Assembly (NCBI GenBank): GCA_002269645.1
Contig: NIVC01000449.1
Span: 1-64,000, forward strand
Origin: Macrostomum lignano
Taxonomy: Eukaryota
Direction: 5' to 3'
DNA length: 64,000 nucleotides
Positions within the stretch are counted from its first letter, which is position 1. Each line of letters starts with the position of its first letter. The translations under genes and the position numbers were made by a program. Below are positions 1-10,762 of this stretch, piece after piece. The notes beneath the pieces are model-generated. The model did not search any database and was not told where the DNA came from. It worked only from the letters and a program-made list of their open reading frames with translations.

Positions 1-600
1 TGTCTGCTTTGATGCGGGCTTTTCTCTGCGATTTTGTTCTGTGGACTTCAATATCAATTGCCAATGCTTTTTATTAAAATATTCAAGCCAAATGCACAGG
101 TAGCAGTTATCTGCATAAACCTGGAAAATTGAAAAGTCGGCTGGGTCAGGGAGAAGCTGGAGAGACTTGATGCAGCAGCTTGAGTTGAATTCGGAATTTT
201 TGTAAGCATTTGTGGATTTTAAGAAATTTTGTTTTAAAACAAAACAGTTTCTGGTAAACATTTTACATGTATTTTTATGTCCTTAAATATGTCAGCACAA
301 TTAACATGTGAATGTTTTCATCATGTACTTCCATCACATACTTTCATCACATACTTTTATCATGTACTCTGCAGCGACTGCCAGCCTGATATTCAGTGAC
401 TCCAGCTATTTGATCCATTGCTGTCATGTGCCAGTGATCATACTAAAAACAAGCGTAAATGATAAAATGCGTTCAACCCTACTGTCAGTAGTTGTACTCG
501 TAGGTTCCTTAATTTATAATATTTAGCATGTTTGCTTGCTTTTTACGATATGCAAATACATTTAACTCACTATGTTTGCTTTTAATGCTGCCTTTGACGT
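1..600 (+). repeat. Diverged copy of the 3' flank of the cGLR gene (paralogous to 17653-18331)
   Basis: Colinear blocks are shared with 17653-18331, e.g. tgtctgctttga, aaatattcaagccaaa, ctgggtcagggagaagctggagaga, ttgatccattgctgtcatgt, tactcgtaggtt and aatgctgcctt. Confidence 0.9.
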
Positions 601-1044
601 GCTGCAAGCTAAAAATTTTCTGATATTTTAACAGTAGGAATATCAAACCATTTTTCCGCCCGTCGAATTTTTGTTGCTACGCCGGAACGGAGCAACGCAG
701 ACACACAAAATTCAAGAACACGGCCTAACTTTTTGTTGCGCACCTTCTCAAACAAGAATCAAGTCGCCAGCCCTCCGGACCGTCGAGATATTCGACAATT
801 CTGCCAGAAGGTCGGATTTTACCCATAAGCGCCAGTGTATTCAGTGCACCCCCTGTGCGCCAATCAGCACTGCGCCTCAGTGCAGCCTTGCCAAGTCTCC
901 AAATTTCATCAGCACGTCGACCACATGTGTCTGCATCAGCTCTGACTTTGTTGGTCACTGGCCTTCTCCCAGACGGAGCTTCTAGACCTTCAAGTGGTGG
1001 CACCAAGTAACTATGCACACGCTGTTGCTAATTTATCTTGTTTC

Positions 1045-2051
1045 GCTGATCAAGCCTCGATAGTGGGCAAACCTCAACTGCTATCAACAGGTATCCTCAG
1101 CTAGTCTATCGAGCATTCCGTCATCACCCTGTCGCCGTCGGCACCTTCAACAGATGACACCAGGCGACTATAATAACCCTGATGCAAATTTCTCGAGTTT
1201 CGCCGATCAAACCTTTACAGTGGGCAAGCCTCAACTTTTGGACATCCTCAGCTGGTCTCTCGAGCATTCCGTCACCACCCTGACACCGTCGGCACATTCA
1301 ACAGGTGGCATCAGATGACTATGGACATCCTTTCGCAACTATATCAAGTTTTTCTTATTAAGCTTCAATAATGGGCAAACATTAACTGCTAGGCAACCTC
1401 AACTGGTTTCTCAAGCATTCTGTCGTCATTCACCCGCCATCGGCACCTTTAAGGGGACGAAACCATGACCATGGACACCAAGAAGTGTGATTTTTTTATC
1501 TTTAAAAAATTAGTAACTTATAAGACAGAATAATTGGAAATTTAGTATATTGTGACTTGATCTCCATTCAACACAGAAAAATTTGGTAATTTTTAGTGCT
1601 TTTATTTTCGTGATTACTGGGTTCAATTTAGTTCAATTAACAAATTACCTCATCATGTTAACATAATCACGTCGGGTGATTATACACTGTTTGGGACTCT
1701 AGCTGAGAATAACTAGGAGTTACAAATTGCCCATTATTGAAGCTTAATAAGAAAAACCTGACATAGTTGCAAAAGGATGTCCATAGTCATCTGATGCCAC
1801 CTGTTGAAAGTGCCGACCGTGTCGGGGTGGTGACGGAATGCTCGAGAGACCAGCTGAGGGTGTCCAAAAGTTGAGGCTTGCTCTCTGTCGAGGCTTGATC
1901 GGCGAAAATCAAGAAATTTGCATCAAGGTCACATGGTTTAATCAGTTGAAGATGCCGACGACGTCCTGGTGATGACAGAAGGCTTGAGAGACTAGCTGAG
2001 GCTGTCCGGCAGTTGAGGATGAGGTTTTCCCATTGTCAAGGCTTGATCAGC
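1045..2051. mobile_element. Foldback-like element: ~330-bp imperfect inverted arms (1045-1379 / 1727-2051) around an AT-rich spacer
   Basis: gtttttcttattaagcttcaataatgggcaa (ends 1379) is the reverse complement of ttgcccattattgaagcttaataagaaaaac (starts 1727). Complementarity continues out to gctgatcaagcc / ggcttgatcagc. The arms are built from ~150-bp subrepeats. Confidence 0.7.
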
Positions 2052-2093
2052 CTTGGGTTTTCAATTAGCCCAGTTGCTAAGAGAATTAAGCTT

Positions 2094-2354
2094 ATCAAGC
2101 TGATCCGGTTGCTAAGGAAACTATCAAGCTGATCCGTTTGCTAAGTAAATCATCAAGCTGATCCGTTTGCTAAGAAAACCATCAAGCTGATCCGGTTGCT
2201 AAGGAAACCATCAAGCTTATCCGGTTGCTAAGGAAACCATCAAGCTCATCCGGTTGCTAAGGAAACCATCAAGCTCATCCGGTTGCTAAGGAAATCATAA
2301 AGCTGATCCGGTTGCTAAGGAAACCATCAAGCTGATCCGGTTGCTAAGGAAATC
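2094..2354. repeat. 29-bp minisatellite (atcaagctgatccggttgctaaggaaacc), ~9 copies
   Basis: Direct periodicity in the sequence. Confidence 0.95.
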
Positions 2355-3065
2355 AATTTCTATAGCAACGCTGCTTCAATCGAAAGCTGAGAATGCTTCT
2401 CAGAAACAGTGCTCAAACCCGAACAAATCTGCAATCCAGCATCATTCATCTGCATCATTCGCAACCAGAAATTGGAAGCAATGAACGAGCCTTATTGGAA
2501 TGCATGTCTCATCTGCCACCCAACTTTTACTCAGAGCTTAGAGCCGAGCCGCTTCCGATGCTCAGCCACTGAGCGCCACAGCGAGAGCCGCCTCAACAAT
2601 GCCATGGAGTCGAGGCACACAAATCGAGGACCTTCCGTGAGTCAGCAAAGGCTCGTGTAGTGCCTTGCAAAGAGTTCCTTCAGATGTTACCGGTCCGGAA
2701 TATCTGAGACACAAGGCCTGCTGTAGGAGGCAGCTGGGCCAGCTCCGACGCTTCCCCTGCCAGCCGATTGAGGACAGCCGATTGGAATTGTTTGAAAAGC
2801 AACCAAAACTGCATGGCTGACTCCACTTTGGGAACTTTTCGCTTTTCATTCATCTCCAACTACAGTTGCATTCGAAATTGTTACTTTGTTAATGCAATGT
2901 AACTCAACGTAGTGCAGTCTAGCTGCTTCATGTTATTAAACAATGCACTCTAGTATATGAGGTCCAATACTTAAATTCATGTTATGACTGTACAATTATA
3001 TTTTTTCTACTTGTGTCTGCAAATATATACGTAGGTAAGTATATCTATGAATGCATGTATGCATT

Positions 3066-3519
3066 TATCTACTTCTCATCTTCTACTACATCTCAGCTGC
3101 GTCTCTATCTACTTGTCAGCCTCTCTCGCATCTCAGCTGCACCTCTATCTACTTCTCAGCCTCTCCCGCATCTCAGCTGCGTCTCTATCTACTTCTCAGC
3201 CTCTACCGCTTCTCAGCTGCACCCCTATCTACTTCTCAGCTTCTCCCGCATCTCAGCTGCATCTCTATCTACTTCTCAGCTTCTCCCGTATCTCAGCTGC
3301 GTCTCTATCTACTTCTCAGCCTCTCCCGCATCTCAGCTGCATCTCTATCTACTTGTCAGCCTCTCTCGCATCTCAGCTGCATCTCTATCTACTTGTCAGC
3401 CTCTCCCGCATCTCAGCTGCGTCTCTATCTACTTCTCAGCTTCTCCCACATCTCAGCTGCGTCTCTATCTACTTCTCAGCCTCTCCCGCATCTCAGCTGC
3501 ATCTGTATCTACTTCTCAG
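3066..3519. repeat. 40-bp minisatellite (tctcagctgcgtctctatctacttctcagcctctcccgca), ~11 copies
   Basis: tctcagctgc recurs at 3091, 3131, 3171 ... 3491. Confidence 0.95.
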
Positions 3520-4272
3520 GCTCTCATCTGTCCATCTCCATCTGGGGCTGGTGCCGCAGCTGCAGCGGTCCAATACCAACCAATTCCTGGTGCCCTGTCA
3601 GTGCTGTGTTGCGCCACCTGCGCCAGAATCAGATCGGCGCCACCGCCCCGTTCTTCTCCTACCTGGTGGGCTTGCGGAGGCAGCGTCTGAAGCCTCATCT
3701 GCTGATCTCGCTTCGGTGTGAAGCTGCGAGAAAATCAAAGAAAGTTGAATGCAAAATAAAAACCCGGAAAATTATTGACATCAAAACTTAACATGCATTC
3801 GCGACGCAATGGCTGTGATGGATGACCTTCCTTTGGGGAGCGCCAACTGAGGGCGCCAACTGAGGGCGCCAACTATCCGGGCGCCAACTGTAAAGACCCT
3901 CTTTGATCTCCAGCTTTTACAAGTTTTCCCTTTGTGTCATCCAGCGGTTTTGACGTTGTCCAATGTTCCAGCCGCACTTCAAATGGCTTGCAATCATCGC
4001 AAGTAGAATGCTTCCGTGCTTTGAGCACAAATGACTAAACAAACTTTGAATATTTGAAAGACTAGCTACTCAGCAGAGCTCGGGGGCCGAGGCTGTCTAT
4101 TATATTTATAGATGCTTGATCGTCTTGTCCCCTGCCGCTGGAGGGGGGATCGGCTTCCCTGACAACGGCAGAGTTCAGAAAATAAATACGCAAGGGTTTC
4201 ACAATAAATTATCAGGTTGCTATGGCACGAGATGGATTATTCATTATCAGTATTTCAGCTAGGTTGAGTCAA

Positions 4273-4572
4273 GGGGTTGTAGCCGAGCGGTTAGAGCGTC
4301 GGACTCACGACTTGAAGGTCGGGGGTTCTATTCCAAATCCCACTGGAACAATTTGTGTCCCTGAGCAAGACACTTAACTCTGCATTTCACCCACTTGTAA
4401 AATGGGTGCCAGCATTAGCTGGGGTAATTGAGGGTGTGTGTGGCGACCCCGTCCCCCAAAGTCCTTGGACTGAACAGCCGTACGCAGCCTTCAGATGCGC
4501 CGCGCAATAGCTGTGGCTGAGCTGTCGGTTGCACATCTGGCCCGATTGGGGCAGGTGTAATCATTATTATTA
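4273..4572 (+). mobile_element. tRNA-derived SINE with CORE-like central domain, (ATT)n tail and 9-bp target-site duplication
   Basis: A box TAGCCGAGCGG (4280-4290) and B box GGTTCTATTCC (4324-4334). The central TGTGTCCCTGAGCAAGACACTTAAC...TGTAAAATGGG resembles the CORE-SINE domain. Tail attattattat. TSD ttgagtcaa at 4264-4272 and 4573-4581. Confidence 0.85.
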
Positions 4573-5109
4573 TTGAGTCAAAGCGATCAGGAGGGTCAGT
4601 CTGGAGTCCATTTTTCTCGCGCATCAGACCGCTCGTAGCCCTTCGGTTGCCCCTCTCCCTGGGAGGGGGCGCAGCTTCTCCCCTCTCCGGTCGGCCTCAT
4701 TGCACGGACTGACCTCGCCTGTCGACCATCGCCCTGCCTCGCCTGCCAGTCGGGATGTCTCGCCGTTTTCGCTTTGTCTGACACCCTGCCGACTGGCTCT
4801 GCCTTGTACCCGAGGCTTGCGTTGACGTCAAGTCGCTTTGCTCGGTATCTGGAATGGATGCTGGCTGCCACACTCTCTTCACACTCATGTCCCCGCTACT
4901 GAGTTCTAATTGTCCCGGTTATGCGTCTTATCTTTCACGTTTACTTTTTGAACTTCTAACCGATCTTTTCCCTTAGTGTTTTTTTGCTTTGGCTTTTTTA
5001 TATAGCGTTTACTTGAGGACTTCTAAACCCTACACCAACTAACGGCGTCAAGTAATAGCGCCAGTTTAGCGCGCAAATCGAGGGCGCCAAATATGGGCGC
5101 CGCACTGAT

Positions 5110-5360
5110 GGCGCGCCAATGCCAGGCGCAGTGCAGGGCAGCAGGAAAAGGGCGCCAATGCCAGGCCGCAGTGAAGGGGCAGCAGGAAAAGGGCGCCAAT
5201 GCCAGGCCGCAGTGAAGGGGCAGCAGGAAAAAAGCGCCAATGCCACGCCGCAATGCAGGGGCAGCAGGAAAAGGGCGCCAATGCCAGGCCGCAGTGCAGG
5301 GGCAGCAGGAAAAGGGCGTTAATGCCAGGCCGCAGTGCAGGGGCAGCAGGAAAAGGGCGC
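5110..5360. repeat. 41-bp GC-rich minisatellite (gggcgccaatgccaggccgcagtgaaggggcagcaggaaaa), ~6 copies
   Basis: Direct periodicity. It explains the overlapping ORFs from 4998 to 5572. Confidence 0.9.
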
Positions 5361-7308
5361 CATAGCTGCAGAGGCTGCTGAGCCAAGTTGGCTGTGGGAG
5401 TTCTGAGAGCTGAGCTCAGTGCTGCATTTGGGCGCCGGTCCTCAGCGGCTGTCCTAGCGGGGTCGCCAGAAGGGCAGCTCAAAATTTCAGTGGGGCCGCA
5501 GCAGCCCCTCAGCTCAGCCGCTGGATTCGCCCCTGCTGCAAAATGGCCGACTGCCGCACTGCTCAAACTCAAACTGCAGCAACAGCGGAAAATGGTAAAA
5601 AACAGCAGAGAGCAAATGCTCGGGGTGAGTGGCAGGTGGGCGAGCGGTCAGCCCTGGCTACACGGGAGGCGTGGAAGCTTCCAGAAAAAAGTGTTCTGCA
5701 TCACAAATTTTCAATTTTGAGTTTGCAGAACGGTAAATAATTGTGAATTGTGAAGAATTTGGTCAGCTCTCAAGCGAAACCAAGTTTTCCAAAATTTGAG
5801 CAGACAGTCAGGTGCCTCCGCCCAGCTTGACCTGCTGTTCCTTGGAAACGAAGTGGCCTTGCCTGGGCCTTCCACGCCTCTTGTGCGCACTGGCCAGCCT
5901 ATTGATTGCTTTGGGGTGGGGCAAAGGTTCCGTTTTGGATTGTGAGTTTTTTACCCGCTTTCTTGCCAATGTACAGTCAAGTTTTACTCATTTGTCTGAG
6001 GGGTAGGGATACCTGTGCTTGCGCTGTCAGCCTTCAGATGTACGGGAATGACTTTCTGTGACGGCTGCGTACGATCGGTTTTATCGCACTGCCTCCCTTC
6101 CAACCGGCGAAGAAAAGGGAGAATTGAGGCTTCTGTCGCTAACCGCTGCTTTGTTGGTCTCTCTGCCCCATCTGCGGTCTTCTTCCTCTTCCTCCTATTT
6201 CAATTACCGACGTGATTCCTTGTGCGCCTCCACCTTCTCTGCGACCTGCGAGTCTCAGCCTGGCGAGTTCAAAACTGGCCATCGGTGAGTCCTGCTCTGC
6301 CCTGCTTCAGTCTGCTGGGTTTGCTTTGGAGTTGAAGCTGAAGCCGTCAATTAGGCTTGCGATTGCTCACTGAGTTTACGACTTTATGCTGAATTTGTAC
6401 CTTCTAGCTCCCCTCCATCCCAGTGGGGAATTTCAGTACGCCCAACCGTGCGCTGACGGCGGCGCCCCTTATTGAGCGCTCGTGTGCCGACGCGTATGGT
6501 ATAGGACTACGCCGCGCGGTTGCCCCGAACGGTTCGGGGCGCACGGTTAGATTTATATCGAATATACTACTTTTATCCTACTAATAGTAGTATGCTTAGC
6601 ACATGCAAGAAAAACTTTTTTGCATTTGCAGGCATATTGTACGTACCGCTTATTGCATGAATTTCCCAAGGAATAACTATAAGAGTGTTTACAATTACTT
6701 GAACTATAAATGAACTGCTCGTAGCGCTGAATTTCATTTTATTTGTGTATTTACAGAACAACTTATAAATGAGAAGAAAAACTTACACTAACGAAATTTT
6801 GAGAATACGTAAGATTTCTACATGTAAGCACATTTTTGACAATTACATGGACTTTAAAAATTGTGATGATGAAATAAAAGCAACATTAAATTTGATGTTA
6901 ACAACGGTATAGTGTCCGTAAAAAACTAAAAAGTAAGACGTATAACGGAATAGATAAGAATTAGAATAGAAAAGACAAAAAATCATTTACGCAAAAGTAA
7001 GCTCATTTCAAGCATTATAGATACGGGAAATAAGCCTGTAAACTGTCTCCTACATTTATAAATTTATTCGACAAGTTGTGACGAGTGTAAGCTAGGGTTT
7101 ATACCCATACGGCTTGTTTCTCGCCTCTCCTATTGTTTCTGCCCTTTCTGGCACCATCTCCCAAAAATTTCTGACCCCTCCAACAAAGCTTTTGCGCCAA
7201 CTGTGACAAAGTTTCTGAAGCCCTTTGAAAGTAACCCATTCTACTGTATCGGTGTTCAGCAGTCGCAACTGTCAATACTTATTGATTTACATGCAAAAAA
7301 TTCAGTCA

Positions 7309-8816
7309 TTAATAGTGGTCAGTGTCCCTCTGATCATCCTCAGACTCGGATGATGACACAAATCTCTGAAATGGCACCGGCCGCTGCACTAATTTGCGGC
7401 TCTTACGGCCCCGGCCCTGGCACTTGCTTTGTGGCGCTTGGGGCTTTTTATGAGTTGACGGCGGTGCAGCTGAGGCTGACAACCTTCTGTCGTTAGAAGG
7501 CGTGGATGCCGGATCTGCTGAGGCAGCAGAGGCTGACAACCTTCTGTCGTTAGAAGGCTTGGATGCCGGATCTGCTGAGGCAGCAGAGGCTGACAACCTT
7601 CTGTCGTTAGAAGGCTTCGATGCCGGATCTGCTGAGGAAGCAGACGACCCCTTAGGGCCGCTATTATTGGTAGGCGTTGATGCAGGGGCAGCGGGCCGAA
7701 TGGCTGCTCCAATTACAGGCTGTCGCCGATGTATTCTCCAGCAATTCTGTCGTTGCCGCGTTTGAGCTGATCCACAACGACAGTTTTTACATTGTCTCGG
7801 GAGGGACGCCCAAGCTCTTCAGACGGGCCATAGATGGTGGTGATGGCATCTGTGGGTTCAAAAGTTGACCGGTATATATTGTGGAGCCAAATTACGAAGC
7901 GCTAAGTTAGATTTCCTTAGTTTTGTATGTTAAATGAAGAATTGTTTTTACATTTTGCTAATACTTGTACGCCCATGTTGCCCATCTCCCCTTTTAAAAG
8001 TAAAAAGGAATAAGTAAATATTTATTTAGTGTAATAGACAGAAAGTCCATACCTTGAAATCTCTCAATGAATACGGCACTAAAAGCCAATTCGCCATCTG
8101 ATAGAATAGTCTCAATGCCAGCGTAATGGGCTCTCGCCTGCAGGTCATTGCCCTTAAAGTTTATGACCGCCTGCATATTCGCCGACAGAGTGCAGTCCAG
8201 CATAGCCCGGATAAAATCCTGCCATCTCTGTCTGCGACACAGACGCAGTAGAAGCCTCTGGAAATAGTTGTGGTAATGATATACATTCTGTATTTTCAAT
8301 TTTCAATGATAATTTTGCATTATACACGTATATAAAGAGCTTTAAAGTTGACTTTCTGTCATACTACTCACTAGCTATAATCAGTAGAGTAATTAGAAAA
8401 TTTTGTGTAGTTTAGGTTTGGAATTTAATTTATCGAAAATTTAGCTTAAAAATGCTGAGTTTCTAATTCTAACACATTTTGCATGGGCAGATGCTAAATA
8501 TATTTTTGTTGGCTAAATATAAATATAATTTACCAAGGATGCTAAATGCTCCACTGGCCGCTCGTCAGCAAACTGAACGTACTGCTCCCAGCTTCTGATA
8601 GGCCAAAAGGTGGTCTCCGGAGCAGCGTCTGGGTCCAGTGAAGCTGAAATCCGCGTCAGCTCAGCACGCATTCCCGACACCTCGTTGATAACTCTGTTGA
8701 GATGCTCCACGAGCTGAATATGCCGTACCTCGGACTCTCGAAGGCGAGTTAGTTGCATAAATAGCAGCCCAAGAAAACTGTCCAACGGGCCCGTGTGGCG
8801 TCTTTCAAATTGGTCA
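7309..8816 (-). CDS. Spliced gene for a coiled-coil + DUF4806/BEN-like helical-domain protein with a low-complexity C-terminal tail (5' end not resolved)
   Basis: Proposed exons 8816-8534, 8257-8053, 7849-7717 and 7660-7309, joined by GT-AG introns with matching phases (0, 1, 2). The joined protein reads ...EHLNRVINEVSGMRAELTRISASL..TFWPIRSWEQYVQF..FIRAMLDCTLSANMQAVINFKGN..FQDAITTIY..VVVDQLKRGNDRIAG, which follows the DUF4806 pattern (P-x-x-S, FNWxG-like, LKxAxDR-like). A 57-bp (19-aa) in-frame repeat at 7474-7640 supports coding of the last exon. The family call is from motif memory, not a search. Confidence 0.6.
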
Positions 8817-9105
8817 CTGTGATCTGTCACTCTGGGCTGTGACCTGAACACTGTGATCTGTCACTCTGGGCTGGGACCTGAGCACTGTGATCTGTCACTT
8901 TGGGCTGGGACCTGAGCACTGTAATCTGTCACTCTGGGCTGGGACCTGAGCACTGTGATCTGTCACTCTGGGCTGGGACCTGAGCACTGTGATCTATCAC
9001 TCTGGGCTGGGACCTGAGCACTGTGATCTGTCACTCTGGGCTGGGACCTAAGCACTGTGATCTGTCACTCTGGGCTGGGACCTGAGCACTGTCATCTGTC
9101 ATTCT
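8817..9105. repeat. 34-bp minisatellite (ctgtgatctgtcactctgggctgggacctgagca), ~8.5 copies
   Basis: Direct periodicity. It lies between the two divergent genes. Confidence 0.95.
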
Positions 9106-9405
9106 GAGCTGCTTGCCAACCAACTGGCTGAAGCTGCGGCAGTTGAGATGCCGTGCAGCGGCAAAATGGGAGAGAAAAACTCACCAAGGCGGTTTAACAA
9201 GCCACTTTCCTGTGCACCCGAGCCGCCTCACCCAGCTGATGCTATTTCAAGCCATTCGTTGTTTTGCTTTGAACAGATCAAAACAAACTGCAACTCTGAA
9301 AGCAGCAGTTTTTTATATATTCGTTTTCTCCTTCCCTCTCCTTCACCCAACAACAGGAAAGTATTTTTCTTCTAGTGAAAAGCACTCACCGGCGAACCAA
9401 GCAGA

Positions 9406-10762
9406 ATGAGCCAACAAATCAGTGCTGACGAGGCAGCCAAAACAGGAAACATTCAGGCGCTCAGCCACTATCTGGATTTTCAACAAACAGAAAAAGACAT
9501 ATATAACTTCTGCAAAGGCTGTTCAAAAATTGCTGCATTCAAAGGACAGTGGGAAGTCTTCCAGTTTCTCGTGCAGAGAATTGCTGACCATACATATGCA
9601 AACAGAGATCACTGCTGCATCGAGGATGCCGAATTTGCAGCACTCAATCGTCTTTGGGACGTCGTTAAGTTTCTTGTGCCGACAGTCGCTGACCAAACAA
9701 AAAGAGATCAGTTCTGCATCGAGGCTGCGAAATATGCCGCAAGCAAGGGTCACTTAGAAGTCGTAAAGTATCTCGTGCCTATGTTAGATGACCAAAAAAA
9801 AGAGATCACCTCCGCATCGAGGCTGCGAAATATGCTGCAAGCAGTGGTCACTTAAAAGTCGTCAAGTTTTTCGTGTTGACAATCGCTGACAAAACAAAAA
9901 TAGATAAGTGCTGTATCGAGGCTGCGAAATCTGCTGCAAGCAATGGTCACTTAGAAGTTGTCAAGTTTCTCGTGCCTACACTAGCTGGCAAAACACAAAG
10001 AGATCAGTGCTGCATCGAGGCTGCCAAGTATGCTGCAACTAATGGTCACTTAGAAGCCATCAAATATCTCGTGGCGACAGTCTCTCACAAAACACAAAGA
10101 GATCAGTGCTGCATCGAGGCTGCCAAGTATGCTACAGAATTGAATCAACGAGAAGTGATGAAGTGCCTTCTTTCGTGTTTTTCAACCCTGGATCTCGGTT
10201 TGCAATGGGCGGTCGCGGCTTGCTCTCGTCTTCATAAAGATGTTGATGCCTCCCTCGGTCTCGAGCCTGACTGGCTCTTCCAATCCAGCACCATCCTCAC
10301 CTTCACTGCAGCAATGGCCATCGAAGGCAGAAACTCTGTTCTCAACGACACCCTCTCTCGAATGCAGCCAGCTCACATCACACAGCTGCTCCGTCTCTCC
10401 ATCTCTCAAAGACACGTCGCTCTTGCTGTCACACTGATCAATGATGAGCGAGTCAGCAAAGAGCATGTCGATCTGCCAGACAGCACTGGAGCCACTGCTC
10501 TCATGCTGGCAGCTGATGCAGGTCATCACGAGCTCATTGAGAAACTCATCGATCTCGGTGCGTCAGTGCGTGCTGAAGACAGTCAGGGTCGGACTGCTCT
10601 GTCACGAGCGTGCGAAGCCGGTCACGCGCGAGCAGCCAAGGCTCTGATGGACAGAGGAGCGGATGCGAGTCATCGAGAGGGTCGGGGTCTGACGTGTGCG
10701 CAGGTGGCACAGCGATTTGAGCAGCGGCAGGTGCTGCGGCTGCTGGATGCCAGAGAAGCGGG
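9406..10762 (+). CDS. Ankyrin-repeat exon (about six 33-aa EAAKYAA.NGHLEVVKFL repeats plus C-terminal canonical ankyrin repeats), split by a -1 frameshift
   Basis: ORFs 9406-9855 and 9873-10766. Canonical ANK motifs GATALMLAADAGHHELIEKLIDLGA and GRTALSRACEAGHARAAKALMDRGA. 99-bp DNA periodicity. The ORF stop overlaps a GTGAGT donor at 10763. Confidence 0.9.

Noticed and set aside
3838-3900. gggcgccaactga mini-repeat as a transposon end related to the ggcgccaa motifs at 5080-5360 and ~7195
   Set aside because: No matching inverted terminus or TSD could be identified.
4273-4345. tRNA gene
   Set aside because: A and B boxes are present but there is no clean acceptor-stem closure. It runs into a SINE body with tail and TSD.
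5365-5624. Degenerate cGLR N-terminus (LQRLLSQVG versus LHRLLSNAG) or a first coding exon (ATG 5543, donor 5625)
   Set aside because: The similarity is under 10 residues and followed by a stop. The donor phase cannot be joined in frame to the ankyrin ORF.
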